A stretch of 64,000 nucleotides of DNA from assembly GCA_963837175.1 (NCBI GenBank), contig CAWIMJ010000005.1, forward strand, positions 1-64,000, given 5' to 3'. Positions 32,898 through 44,912 of the stretch are shown piece by piece. The notes under the pieces were generated by a model. That model searched no databases. It worked only from the letters and a program-made list of their open reading frames with translations, and was not told where the DNA came from. The stretch's first letter is position 1, and each line of letters starts with the position of its first letter. A program made the translations under genes and the position numbers. This stretch comes from an uncultured Nitrososphaeraceae archaeon. GTDB lineage: Archaea; Thermoproteota; Nitrososphaeria; Nitrososphaerales; Nitrososphaeraceae.

Positions 32898-33677
32898 ATG
32901 TCTCAATGTTATATTTGCGGAGTAGATGAAAGTGTTCCCTTTATATGTAATAACTGTCAAGAATCATTTTGTCACATCCATAGAAATCCCATTAATCATT
33001 CATGTCCATCCATAGACAAATATGCAGAGAAAAGAGAGAAAAGAAAGGATGTACTTTTAGATAAAGGGCATGATGTCGGAAATGGAAGTAGCAGTATTTT
33101 GAATTTGATATCCAGAGTAATAAGAATCAAGTCTTCAAAAACTGAATTACTGCATTTATCTGTAGCCGCTTTGTTAGTTACTGCAGTAGGTCTTTCATTA
33201 AACAACTACCGATATATTTCCTGGCAGTTCTTATCTATATTTATTAGTGCATTCCTTGTCCATGAATTAGCTCATAAATTCTTGGCTCAATTTTATGGCA
33301 GTTGGGCAGAATTTAGAGCTCAGGTGTACGGGCTTATTGTAACAGCAATATCAGCACTACCAATTATGCCATTCAAGTTTATAGCCCCTGGTGCTGTAAT
33401 GGTTGGATTATCAGATAGAAATAGGTTTGGCAGAGTTGCATTTATTGGGCCATTAACAAACTTGGTTATGGGTTTTGCACTACTAGCCTTATCCTCTTAC
33501 TACTATCCATATTATCCATATTTGGCAGCAGGTGCATCATTTAACGGTTGGATTGCAATATTCAATCTAATGCCATTTGGTATGTTAGATGGACAGAAAA
33601 TTTTTGATTGGAATAAAGTTGTTTGGGGGTTGACAATGGCTACCGCAATGGGCTTATTTATACTTGGATATATTTAA
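32898..33677 (+). CDS. AN1-type zinc finger fused to an M50-family membrane metallopeptidase
   Basis: CYIC...FICNNCQESFCHIHRNPINHSC, HELAH and NLMPFGMLDG. Confidence 0.92.
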   Translation: MSQCYICGVDESVPFICNNCQESFCHIHRNPINHSCPSIDKYAEKREKRKDVLLDKGHDVGNGSSSILNLISRVIRIKSSKTELLHLSVAALLVTAVGLSLNNYRYISWQFLSIFISAFLVHELAHKFLAQFYGSWAEFRAQVYGLIVTAISALPIMPFKFIAPGAVMVGLSDRNRFGRVAFIGPLTNLVMGFALLALSSYYYPYYPYLAAGASFNGWIAIFNLMPFGMLDGQKIFDWNKVVWGLTMATAMGLFILGYI

Positions 33678-34444
33678 CCCATCGCTTCTAATCAATTTAT
33701 AATAATGAATTGCTTTTGTTTCATAAAACGAAAATACTTTCACATCAGCATCTATCTTTTTATTTACTCCATAATTTTTTTAAACTAATCACATATGCGT
33801 ATTCTATTACATTCAGTTCACCATTAGAACATCCACTAGTATAGCATTCGGTCCTTTGCAACTTCAATTACTTTATATGCTGGAAGAAATGAAATTCGGC
33901 ATCTTTATAAATAAAAATTTTCATTAGCTAGGAACATGGTATTCTACCCAGTTTTGTATGTTGTATAATTATCCATTTCATAATATGTTCACTGATTGTT
34001 ATAGAAGTAGGTATCTGAATTTATATTCATTTTAGATTTTAGAATAAATGCGAGATCCGCTATTTATAATAAAATATCTTCTTTTTCTAACTTTTAATCA
34101 TATACTATTTCAATTAACAATATATTTGAACACTGTTGAACTAAATCATTAACCTATTCCAAAGATTGTCTAGTAATTATATTATATTTAAAATGCCTCT
34201 TTCTAACGTTCTAACAAAAGTAATCTCTTGCTCTGATGGTTTTCAATTGCAAAAACTGTATATCAAGAATTTATGAGAAAAGTATATTTAATGTTTGAAG
34301 AGTCCTGAATGCTTTTTTGCTTCTTGAACTCATTGATTGATTGTTCATAATATTGAGTCAATACACATCCCTAAATGCACACTACACAATACTCTTAAAA
34401 GTCTAGGAAAAGAATGAATGATTATGGTATAATCAGTAAAGAAG

Positions 34445-34687
34445 TTAAATTCTATGGGAGATCGAATCCTCATTTGAATGCCGCCACCATAATATAACAC
34501 CAAGTACAGATATTATTATTCCTGTTATAACGAAAATATAACCATTGATTGTCCATTCAGAATTACTATACATAAATGAAGATGTCGGTCCTACAACTGA
34601 TTTGCTCTGTAATACAAATATATTTCCTAAAACAACTACTACCAGACCAATAAGACTTACTGCTTTACCAATAGATCTAAACTTCAA
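34445..34687 (-). CDS. Small two-TM membrane protein
   Basis: Two hydrophobic helices around GPTSSFMY...W. Confidence 0.6.
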   Translation of the reverse strand: MKFRSIGKAVSLIGLVVVVLGNIFVLQSKSVVGPTSSFMYSNSEWTINGYIFVITGIIISVLGVILWWRHSNEDSISHRI

Positions 34688-35135
34688 AGAATTTTCACCG
34701 CTGTGGAGTATAATATTAGAAGTTTAAATATCTATATTTCGAGAAAGCTTAAAGGTATATAATTATATTCTTTGTACCTATAAATGCGTCTTCTCATAAT
34801 GTCGTTATAAGCATAGGCTTGCAAGATATCATAGAAGTGAAAATATAATATTACTTTAGATCAAACATCAAAAAAATTGTAGAGATTAACTTTGCTTATG
34901 CAAGAGATATTAATAGCGATCCATCTGTCAAAGCTGCTCATAAATTGTCTAAGGATATAATTAGTTAAATTACAAAACAATATGCTGAATAAAAATTAAT
35001 ATAAACGATTAATGTTATGCTATTCTAATCGTATTCTGACCATTATGTTATTTTATATCAACTGTATAATGTATCATTATGACAATACAAATGAAAATGA
35101 ATATGCTTGTAATTGTAAATATATAGAAATACAGA

Positions 35136-35519
35136 TCATCGACCCGTACCAGGTAAACCAAGAACCTTTGTGGGAGATCGAAAATCGCTTTGAATATGTA
35201 TTCCTTCATTAGCAGTGACTTTTACTACGTTGACCATGGTATCGGGTTTTGGATAAAAGAAGTATGACTGACCAGAGTCAAGAAATGATAAATTCTGGAT
35301 ATCATTTTTGCCAAGATCCACCATTATTCCTGTGACTTGCCTCGACCCAATGTTTGTTAATCTTATTCTATATTGTATTCCAGAGATATCTGTAGTATCT
35401 TTAGTTGGATCGACTTCAAGTGCAAACATAGGCTTATTTATTTGAGTAGCATAAAAATAGAATGTCAATATTATTCCAACAACTGCGACAATAAGATAAT
35501 AGATGTAATTCCTAATCAT
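35136..35519 (-). CDS. Membrane-anchored protein with an Ig-like domain
   Basis: N-terminal TM segment; YRIRLTNIG...LDSGQSY. Confidence 0.7.
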   Translation of the reverse strand: MIRNYIYYLIVAVVGIILTFYFYATQINKPMFALEVDPTKDTTDISGIQYRIRLTNIGSRQVTGIMVDLGKNDIQNLSFLDSGQSYFFYPKPDTMVNVVKVTANEGIHIQSDFRSPTKVLGLPGTGR

Positions 35520-36172
35520 TGTAATACCTTTTTTAAATGGAATTATAAAAATATACTAGTGAGAAAAACTGAAATGTCAACTATTTACCACTGCTTCTAG
35601 CTTTTTCTTCTTTGTATATTCAACTACCATTTTTAGATGAGTCAATAAAACCTTGGTAAAGCTATATTAGCATGTTTCTATGTTTGCTCCCTATGGATTT
35701 ATCACTCGTTCAATAACAATATCATTATAGTCACCGGGCGATGTTATAATGTTAATCGAAGCCAGACTATCAAAGCTTAATCTATTCTTTCTTTACGTGA
35801 TCGATAATATTTCATTCTCTTCTCTAATGATAACTTTTGTCTTCTTTCAATATTTCTTTACAAAATCACATCTAATGTATATTTAACCACGTATACCTAT
35901 TAGTCAAGAAAGAAAACAAGGGCAATTGAACATTCGGCACATTCTCAATTCTTCCATTTATGCATCGTAAACTTCTGTCAATTACAAATTGAACAATAAA
36001 CCAACAAATCCTTCTCTGAAGAAAATTCTCTTAAATAACAGACAATATTATCGCATATATTTAATCCATAATATATTGATACATAATATATTGATATATA
36101 ATATGATTATGTATAAATGATATATAATACTTCTCCAGAGTCTAATTAACTACTAGAATTGTATTTGTTAGA

Positions 36173-36670
36173 ATGGGCCAGAGGCTAAGTGATATAAAGG
36201 AAACCACTTCTAACGCAGCAGAAATCCTACGTCAAATTGGAACACCGGAAATGCAAATGTCTCTAGACAAAATCAAAGAAACCGCTAGAACAGCACAGTC
36301 TATAATTGAATCACTAAAAGACCCCGCGATGGTGAAGAATATAGAAAATCTTCGCTTGACCGCCGAGACTGCAGAGAATATGTCCATGAAAGCTGAAAAC
36401 ATGGTGAAAGAAATTAAGCAGACAGGAGTTATTGATGAAGTAAGTGCTACTATTAAATCAGTCAGAAAGACTATAGACTCAGAAGACGGTCCTCCAAACT
36501 TTGCCGAGATAACATCTGCAATAAGAGAAATGTTGCAATCAATTAGTGCTCTCGTAGAAGAATTGAAATTTACGGTTGCATCTTCTAAAAAGACAGGCAC
36601 TCTTTATACCGCTGAGGAAACAGTAAGAGAAGCATCATCAGCATATAAAAATATAAAAGAATTAAAATAG
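36173..36670 (+). CDS. Helical/coiled-coil hypothetical protein
   Basis: 165-aa ORF with amphipathic repeats. Confidence 0.7.
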   Translation: MGQRLSDIKETTSNAAEILRQIGTPEMQMSLDKIKETARTAQSIIESLKDPAMVKNIENLRLTAETAENMSMKAENMVKEIKQTGVIDEVSATIKSVRKTIDSEDGPPNFAEITSAIREMLQSISALVEELKFTVASSKKTGTLYTAEETVREASSAYKNIKELK

Positions 36671-36879
36671 TCATATCTATCTGTCCAATATTGATTTTCT
36701 CTAGTAATACTGTAATTTTAATATTTTTAGTATAGAGATTTTTTTACAGAGTCGGTTAATAAATAGTAAAATATCTATTATCTTAAAGAAAAAGCCTTAT
36801 CTTTATAAAAGAACTTCAATATATATTAGCTATGATATTTCAAGATAGTATAGAGATAATCCAAATAAAACCATACAAC

Positions 36880-37110
36880 TAGGACAACAAACATTTCTGA
36901 TATGACTTGAACAAACTCCTGAACGCTTAAGATGTTACTAAAAATATTCGCGAAGCATCAGACAAGATGAGAGAAGCAGTAAAGATCTCTACCAGAGTGG
37001 TGCCGCTGGCGAGATTACAAAGGCAGTTAGTGAAGCTACTGTAGCAGCACATGATACTGTTAAAGGAATTAGCGATACTGCAAAGAAATGCGAGAATGCG
37101 GTATATTAAG
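36880..37110 (+). pseudogene. Degraded helical-repeat gene similar to its upstream neighbour
   Basis: Fragments DVTKNIREASDKMREAVK and QSGAAGEITKAVSEATVAAHDTVK with frameshifts. Confidence 0.4.
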
Positions 37111-37415
37111 GAAAAATGTTAACGCCGCTGCTTTCTTTAGCCATCTTTTTGAAAATGCTTCATTTCCTTCAAGTCTAATTCTTGTTTCTATTAGTCTAGC
37201 GTATATTGATAGTTACGTTGTATTCTATTATTTTTTCTAACTAGAGAGAATTGCATCAGTAATATGCTAAAAGGACCTGCAAATATTCTAGCAGTAATTA
37301 CCGGTGCATGTTTGGAAATAGTAATCATCATTATAACTATTATTGGCATATGATAATAAATAACTTACAAGATCTCTATAGCAAGCTAGCGTAAAATAAT
37401 GTATGAGATATATAC

Positions 37416-38003
37416 TCATGAGGCATAGTACATTGAATCTAACTCACGATCAATCTCATTTTCAGGAACATCAAAAAAATCCAGTGCCTCTTTTAGTCGC
37501 ATATTATTGTTATTATATGATTTAATAACTTCGTTTTGATTTATTCTAGCCTTAACAACGGTTTCTGAGGCTTCAGTTAACAATATGTAAGCAAAAGAAT
37601 TCCACGTCTGTAAATCCTTATCAGAATTTAAGGTCCTCAATAAAGGAACCAATTTTACAAATGATGCAATTATCGCTATTCTATATTTTTGCAATTGCAA
37701 TTTGAGGGGATTGCTGTCATGCATTGACGGAATTTCAGAGCATATAATGAACTGATATTGATCTAAATTCTTTGCAATAGTTGCAGTCTGGCCAATATTT
37801 GCTAAAACGGTACGTTGTAATTTAATATTTGTAGATATGCCTTCAAAAAGTCCATCTAACCTGTCTATAACTAGCTCCTGCGTCGTTATGCCATCTTTAG
37901 ATAATAGTTTGCGGCATTTTTGGACTGTAGCAATATGTTTATTGACGATTGCTTGAAGTAATCTTACCATTTTATGATACAATATATAAGCACACTCACA
38001 CAC
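37416..38003 (-). CDS. Hypothetical protein
   Basis: 195-aa ORF; likely start MVRLLQ. Confidence 0.6.
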   Translation of the reverse strand: MCECAYILYHKMVRLLQAIVNKHIATVQKCRKLLSKDGITTQELVIDRLDGLFEGISTNIKLQRTVLANIGQTATIAKNLDQYQFIICSEIPSMHDSNPLKLQLQKYRIAIIASFVKLVPLLRTLNSDKDLQTWNSFAYILLTEASETVVKARINQNEVIKSYNNNNMRLKEALDFFDVPENEIDRELDSMYYAS

Positions 38004-38746
38004 TTTTTAAAAGTATAAGTTTGTTTCTAAATCTCGTGTTAGCAAAAAAATCAAATTATGTATCGTTTTACAATATTATGAGTAGCTGCAAAATATATGC
38101 GTATAATCTACATTAAAGAAATAATTAATTTCAAGTAAATGAGAACATGTAAGGGTCCTTTTAAAAAATTATGATTTTGAAAATGTCTTTATCTTTTGCA
38201 AAATATATCTTTAGACTTACTTAAATATTCCAACACATGATACAACATTTCACAAATTCCCTGACTTCTTAGATTTTAGATGTAGTCAGACCATTTGAAA
38301 CAAAAAAAAGAAACAAATTTCTGTTATAATTCAGAATTTAGAAAATTGCATTTATGTTCCTCAGAGCAAAAATGTTCTATTTTTAAAACACCTCTGTTAG
38401 AGTCGCCTTCTATATGTGGCCAACCTTGCTCTGAAAATGTCTTGCCACAATAAGCACAGACTTTGCTTTCCACTGCTTATGCAGAATAATAATCCATTAT
38501 TTGAAAATTTCCATGTGAAAATCATGATGATAATCTAAACTAACCTGCAATAAATAAGGATATATGGATAAATTGACTTATACTTCTAATAATACAGAGG
38601 TTCTAGGGTGGATAAATCCCATCTCCATTTAAATATGATATACACTAAATACTTGATTGCTTAAAATCTAGAGGTAATTAGCTTTCTAGCTTATCAAGTT
38701 ATACCTTTGCAATTATTAGCCTATACTTATAGATTTATAGGCTTTC

Positions 38747-39340
38747 ATGACTGGCTTTTTTACAAATTGGGCTAAAAAGAAGGACCATCTAGACTATACA
38801 AAAAAGAAATTGAAAGAACCAACAAAGCCAAGAATTGAAAGTGTAATCAACAGAACTGAATTGCAAATTTCAAAACTTGATGCTAAAATTGCAAAAATGA
38901 AAGGAAGGGAGGAAGATGTATTTAATAAAATAGTTGATGCTGTGAAAACTCATAATACCACCCATGCAAAAATTTTGTCAAACGAGTTAGCCCTGTTACG
39001 CAAAAACCAACGGACACTAAACCAAGCAAGAATGGCACTAGAACAGGTGTCAATGAGGATTTCTACAATTCATGATTTAGGTGAAATAATGGAAATACTT
39101 GAACCGGCAATGAGTCCCGTAAAAGGATTAAAGTCAGATTTTGAAAGATTAGTGCCTAGTACAGATATGGAACTAGACTATATGCAAATGCTTACGAACT
39201 GTATATTATCTGATTCAAAGCAGAATAATGAAATAGATATTATAAATATGAATATTGGTGGATCATCCGAAAATAATGACACAGATCACATAATGAACGA
39301 GGCGTCAGCAGTTCTCGAAGAACACACCAACAAATTTTAA
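38747..39340 (+). CDS. Snf7/ESCRT-III (CdvB-like) paralogue
   Basis: KPRIE...QISKLD...FNKIVDA...AKILSNELA...ARMALEQVSMRISTIHDLGEI...PAM matches thaumarchaeal ESCRT-III proteins. Confidence 0.88.
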   Translation: MTGFFTNWAKKKDHLDYTKKKLKEPTKPRIESVINRTELQISKLDAKIAKMKGREEDVFNKIVDAVKTHNTTHAKILSNELALLRKNQRTLNQARMALEQVSMRISTIHDLGEIMEILEPAMSPVKGLKSDFERLVPSTDMELDYMQMLTNCILSDSKQNNEIDIINMNIGGSSENNDTDHIMNEASAVLEEHTNKF

Positions 39341-39729
39341 TCTCTATATGAGATCAGCATTAAAACTATGATTAATAATCAGATAAGACATATATATATG
39401 TAATAAATCCGTTCATATAACTATTGTAACTATGAATTATTGAATATTTTTAGACTCTCAATAAAATTTGTCTAAGACAATATTATGATGATTATAATTG
39501 ATAAAATGATATCCAGGCTTAAGAAATAAATGCTAACTATCTACAATTTCTTGCCAAATAAAATTTAGTCAACAATAGCAAGATAAAATTTACTTATATT
39601 TGGAGTCGAGAATTATGTCATAACAAAGAATTTTCACTAGTATATTGTATATTATTTTGATTTTTTAAGCATAAATCCGTAAGATGATTGACTTGTGACA
39701 ATCTTCATTTTAAAAAAAATAAAAATATT

Positions 39730-39909
39730 TTAGCTAGTCCGAATAAGTGCTCTTACCTTTTCTTTGAATTCTGGAGTTATGTCTTCTGCTTTCATATGAT
39801 GAGCTTTTATAGCATGTTCTGCACCATTTTTCATAACCTCTTCTTCTGTCTCGCCCTTTACAACAAAGTCACACTCAAATCCTGCTTCACGACATGTTAT
39901 TGTTTTCAT
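39730..39909 (-). CDS. DUF1059 small metal-binding protein (59 aa, absent from the ORF track)
   Basis: Manual translation MKTITCREAGFECDFVVKGETEEEVMKNGAEHAIKAHHMKAEDITPEFKEKVRALIRTS*. Confidence 0.85.
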   Translation of the reverse strand: MKTITCREAGFECDFVVKGETEEEVMKNGAEHAIKAHHMKAEDITPEFKEKVRALIRTS

Positions 39910-40606
39910 AGTCTCGTGTCATATAAGATAATGTATTTGCTTATAAGAAGTTCTTATATGATAGATCTTTTAATCAAAAGACTTGCTTCATGTTATGTTC
40001 TTACGCGATGAAATTCTTTCACATCAAGTAATTGATGTGTCAACTATTATTTTTTGACAATAGTTTTATCATCATCATCTGCTAAACTACTATTTTATAT
40101 ATGAATCAATAAGCTTTGGTATTTGTATATTAGCATGTTTCTATGCTTCCTCGCCATGACTCTATATGTTGTTCTTAATAACAATAGAGAAGTATCTCCA
40201 CTAGATTATAGATAATCCTAATTATATTTTATATTATATATTGTATTATATTATAATTCATCTATTAACACATAAAACAAATTCACTCCATAAAGGCAGA
40301 AAACGCAGTTCATATCTAGGAAACATTGCTTTGTAAATGGTGTTTCTATTTCTTTATGGTATCTAAAAAGTTATTAAATTTCACTCTTTTTTGCAAATCA
40401 TGACTAAATCATATCTAAAGAAATAGAATCAAGGACAATTTTTTGTGCAAAGCTTTCTAAAAAAAGCAGAATTTTAATTCAACAGAGTATTGAGTGAACC
40501 CATTATAGATCATATAGAAAGAAATTAAGGGAAATTGATATATCATATAGTACTGTTATTGGCTGCATCTAATATAACTCGAAAATAAGTTTCTGTTCTT
40601 CTCACA

Positions 40607-40963
40607 CTACTTTGGTGGTTGCAATCTGTCTATAGAAGACATTGTTGGACCTTTAGAACCAGTGTCGCCGGATTTATCTATTCTTTCTAAACGTCTACAT
40701 AACATTTTAAAGCAATCCAAAACATCTATTTCAATTACCCCTGGCAGATGCTTGATATTAGGAATATAATTGCTTATAGTATAAAGATCTTGTATTCTAA
40801 CTTCTATTATGATATCACTACTTTTTAGATCATCTGAAGTAGATCTGTTTATGACCTGTATTGAATTTGCTAATAGCCTCTGATTACTATTATCATTGTC
40901 AAGCGGATATTTTCCCGTATGAATAGAATCTTCAATCATTTTACATAGTTCAGAAATCTTCAT
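40607..40963 (-). CDS. Hypothetical protein
   Basis: 118-aa ORF with ATG start. Confidence 0.65.
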   Translation of the reverse strand: MKISELCKMIEDSIHTGKYPLDNDNSNQRLLANSIQVINRSTSDDLKSSDIIIEVRIQDLYTISNYIPNIKHLPGVIEIDVLDCFKMLCRRLERIDKSGDTGSKGPTMSSIDRLQPPK

Positions 40964-42337
40964 GATCTCTATTGATCATCTGTCACTGAAATTTAATATT
41001 TATGACTAAATGTTGCTGATCTAAATCCTTTAGATATAACATCTTTTAAATGATGAAATCCAGTATATCGTAATTGCATTATTAATTATCTTCTTTTGAG
41101 TTATTACTATCTTAATTACCTACCTATATATTACAATCTGGAGTAAAAGTTACTTTTTTTAGATTATCGCGTTAAATATCATTGATTCACGGCTTGTGTC
41201 TTTTTGTATATTTTAATTCTTATAGAAATTCTCCTCATCGCAAACATTGTTTCCATTCTGTAGGCCAGTTAGTCTACTAATATGGCCTGAGACGGCAACA
41301 TTATTTCAGTCGATAATTGTGAATAATGTTGTTGAAGTCGCTACAAAGATAATATATCCATCTTGTTGTAGCATCTGAGCAAGAAAGCATACCGAGCCTT
41401 TCCCATTGATACCCCTATTACTTTTTTATGCTTCTACCAGATAAAGAGCAAGAAATGTTGTTCTGATCTTTACTAGTGTATTAATATGAGAATCTCAATT
41501 AAACAGTGGTTAGCATATACATTAAATGAACTCTCATAATGTATATATCTATATAAATATGAAATAGCTGGGAACTTTATGAAAAGGCTTTACAGTACGG
41601 TGTGTCTTTGCTCGAACAAACCATTGTGATGTTTTGAAGAGAATAGAGAACCTATTCATTATATTCTTGCAAGATCTTAGGATGTCTCTTGACAGACTCA
41701 GATATTGATAGCATAAGAATATTTGGTAGATTTGTGCTACTTAAGCGCTTAATAACGATTGGATGCAGATGGTATTCTAGAAAGATCCTTTTATTCAGTA
41801 TACTATCTAACTTAAATTATTCTTGTTGTGATTGTGGTTGTACCTTTTCTTCCTCTTCTAATACTTCATGTGGATCTACCACTATCTGTTCTGACTCTCG
41901 TTCTTCTTTTTGTAATTCTTCTGCAATCTTAATTGCTTTGGGCTGCTCATCTTTTTGATGTTGCTTATCACTAAGATTATTGTTATTATCGGTATGGACA
42001 TTATCATTTCCTTTTGAATGCCTTTTCTTTATTACCATTGCATCAACAAATCCTGACTATTAATGTCATGGTCTGTAGTATAGTATTCTCTTAAAAGGTT
42101 TTTCTGCTGATATTAATACTTACATATATAATTGCTCTTCTTACTCTTCGTTTGTTTAATATTCATGTGATTGTATGTCTCTCCACTGTTAACATGTACT
42201 AAAAATATTTATGGTATTTTTTTCTGCCTTATAATAAAAGTTTGGATGAATATTAGATAGTTGTTGTTTGACAATATGATTAACTCCCAATAAATGACAT
42301 CTTTTTATGTTATCTGATTTTATATATAAATAATTAT

Positions 42338-43066
42338 ATGTTCAAGTTATCAAATGACCAATATTGTGCGCACTATCCTTCTGTATTGATAGATACTTTT
42401 ACATTATACAAGCAGATATCAAAACAATATAGGGATCAAAATATTCTTAATTCTATCAGACAATTGGTACCCAATAAAATATTGAAATTGAGCAGTGACT
42501 CACTATTAAAATCTCTTTTTCACTGGTTCAAAAATGACTTTATGAGTTGGATGCCCAAAGATCCAAAATGTAGAATTTGTAATATTCCTTTGGACATCCA
42601 GTTGATAAATGGCAACTCATGGAAACTTCGAAAGACAGAAGTCCATACATGTCATATATGCGGCTCAAAGCTAATATTTCCTAGATATGGCGAAATTCTC
42701 AGGATTGCAAAGATAAGAACAGGAAGGTGTAGTGAATGGTCTATGCTCTTTGGTGCTATTTTAAATTCATTGTCATTTCAGACTCGAATTGTTCATGATT
42801 ATCTTGACCATTGCTGGAATGAATCAATGATGGATAGTAACTGGGTACATTTGGATTCAACTTTAGACTATCCAATTTCTTTTAATAATCCTCATTTCTA
42901 TGAGCAAAATTGGGGCAAAATGTATGAATATGTTCTGGCTTTCTCTCCTAATAGTCTTGAAGATGTTACACAAACTTATACCGAGCACTGGGATGTTGTA
43001 CAGAAAAGAAGAAGAAAAGGTAAAAAGAACGTAGAAGATTTTAAAACGATTTATTCTACATTATAG
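42338..43066 (+). CDS. Transglutaminase-fold protein closely resembling eukaryotic peptide:N-glycanase (Png1/NGLY1 core)
   Basis: HWFKNDFMSW, CRIC and CHIC zinc pairs, FPRYG, RTGRCSEW, DHCWNE, WVHLDS, YEQNWGK, YVLAF and DVTQTY. Confidence 0.85.
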   Translation: MFKLSNDQYCAHYPSVLIDTFTLYKQISKQYRDQNILNSIRQLVPNKILKLSSDSLLKSLFHWFKNDFMSWMPKDPKCRICNIPLDIQLINGNSWKLRKTEVHTCHICGSKLIFPRYGEILRIAKIRTGRCSEWSMLFGAILNSLSFQTRIVHDYLDHCWNESMMDSNWVHLDSTLDYPISFNNPHFYEQNWGKMYEYVLAFSPNSLEDVTQTYTEHWDVVQKRRRKGKKNVEDFKTIYSTL

Positions 43067-43395
43067 AAAATTAGAGGTTTTTATTGTCCTTTATATATAC
43101 TTATAGTGGTAATTAATTTCCTTAAGTGTATTTTGTTAATTTTTTTACGTTAAAAAAGTAAATCCGATATATTTTGGAAGGATCGCCAAAAATTATGAGT
43201 CTTGTGTAAATTAAGAGCCTCATATTGGGATAATTAATTTTTAGTTAGATCTGCTTTAAGTTTTCAAAATCAAGATAAAACAATCCTCTCAAAACTTTTA
43301 ACTTTTCTGTTTCACATCTATCGAGTTCCAAAACAAATACTATCAACTCAGCTCAAATTAAAAAATATATACACACAAATCACAAACACTGTGAG

Positions 43396-43812
43396 ATGAA
43401 GTCTGATATTCATTCGGCATCCGATATACAGAAAATCTTAGGATTGAAGAATATTGCTGTAGTGGGAATGTCAAAAAATGAAGAGAAACCAGCTCACTTT
43501 GTGCCCAAATATCTCATTGATCACGGATATAATGTCATTCCTGTAAATCCAACTATCTCAGAAGTTCTTGGAAGAAAGTGTTACTCATCCATAGCAGATG
43601 TACCAGAAGATATAGATATTGTCGAGATCTTTAGAAGGTCAGAAGATGTGCCACCTGTAGTAAATGATGCAGTTAAAAAAACAGGAATTAAAGTGATTTG
43701 GATGCAATCCGGCATATACAATGAAGAAGCGGAAAAGGAAGCAAAGGAAAATGGCATGGATGTTGTTTTCAATAGATGCATGATGGTTGAACACAGTAGG
43801 CTATTTGAATGA
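43396..43812 (+). CDS. CoA-binding protein (YccU-like)
   Basis: IAVVGMS, VIPVNP, DIVEIFRRSE, IWMQSG and NRCMMVEH. Confidence 0.92.
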   Translation: MKSDIHSASDIQKILGLKNIAVVGMSKNEEKPAHFVPKYLIDHGYNVIPVNPTISEVLGRKCYSSIADVPEDIDIVEIFRRSEDVPPVVNDAVKKTGIKVIWMQSGIYNEEAEKEAKENGMDVVFNRCMMVEHSRLFE

Positions 43813-44483
43813 TAAGCAAGGGACAGAATCATTATACAGAATAAAAATAATGGATATATATCCTTCATAAGACATGAATTCTCCAAAATATATCTTTATG
43901 CCAATCTGTAATAATACACATTATTACTATGCATGATGCATTAGCATCTTGGCAACTTTAACTTTTCTTGTGGTGGACTCCATTTGCAATACCTTATAAA
44001 CATTTAAATTAACGCCACTTATCGCAGATCTAATCCATAAACGATAATGCATTCTCTGCTATTATAAGTAGCAAAAGTAGCAGAGGTAAAAATATCAAAA
44101 TAATAGAAAAAAATTGTATTAGTTCATAATGGAACAGCCATCTGAATACTAAGATACGTTATAATATTATTATATATTTACTAGCACATTCTACCTTTTT
44201 ATTATCACATCTTTGACTGTACTGAATTTTGGTGTATCTCAAAAGTGATTATTAAGCATGATTGGATCTACCCATATTTATGTAGAACTTGCTGGCGATG
44301 AACATCATTGTAAAAATATCATGATGCAGGTTGTTTCAGCAAAAGACTTAACGATGAATAAATCCATAGGAAAGACCTGGAGTTTACAAGATAAAGCATA
44401 ATGATGTCGGCAGATTATATCACTATTTAGTTTTTTAAAAGTCAAGTTAATATTCAATCATTGCTGTTATTTTCATTCAACAA

Positions 44484-44912
44484 TTGAGGAATGAAAAGGA
44501 TATCAGATTAAGGATAGACATGTTTCAAGGACAGTCTGAAGCCATCGCAAAAATGTTAGTTAAGGCGCTTTCTGGACATAATACTCTATCTATTAAAGAA
44601 TATTCTGCTAGGTTAATCAATCTGCGAGATAGAATAGAAGAATTAATGTGGGTATTAAATGAAAAAAATATTTCACCAAATCTTCTCGTTGAAGTTTACT
44701 CAATAAATGTTCCTGGCAAGAAAATAGAATTTTTGACCGTGGGTCAAATAATGGAAAAATTGAAGATTGGTGAACTAAGCATGAGTGATCTTCAAGCTGA
44801 TGTGGGCGATAAGGTAAGAAAGGCAGCAGTGCAATTAAAAAGTTTAAACCAAAAGCAAGAATTACATTACTGCCTATATAGGAAGACCTTATTACTATTA
44901 TTGAACAGATAA
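44484..44912 (+). CDS. Hypothetical protein
   Basis: 142-aa ORF. Confidence 0.5.
   Translation: MRNEKDIRLRIDMFQGQSEAIAKMLVKALSGHNTLSIKEYSARLINLRDRIEELMWVLNEKNISPNLLVEVYSINVPGKKIEFLTVGQIMEKLKIGELSMSDLQADVGDKVRKAAVQLKSLNQKQELHYCLYRKTLLLLLNR

Noticed and set aside
36067-36110. ATAATATATTGAT tandem repeats
   Set aside because: Short AT-only duplication upstream of a gene; indistinguishable from slippage.
39688-40011. 107-aa Cys/Phe-rich plus-strand ORF
   Set aside because: It is antisense to the clear DUF1059 gene at 39730-39909.
44234-44248. Short match (TATCTCAAAAGTGA) to the terminase 3' end near 3137 as a possible att repeat
   Set aside because: Only ~14 bp of AT-rich sequence, with core-type genes in between; likely chance.
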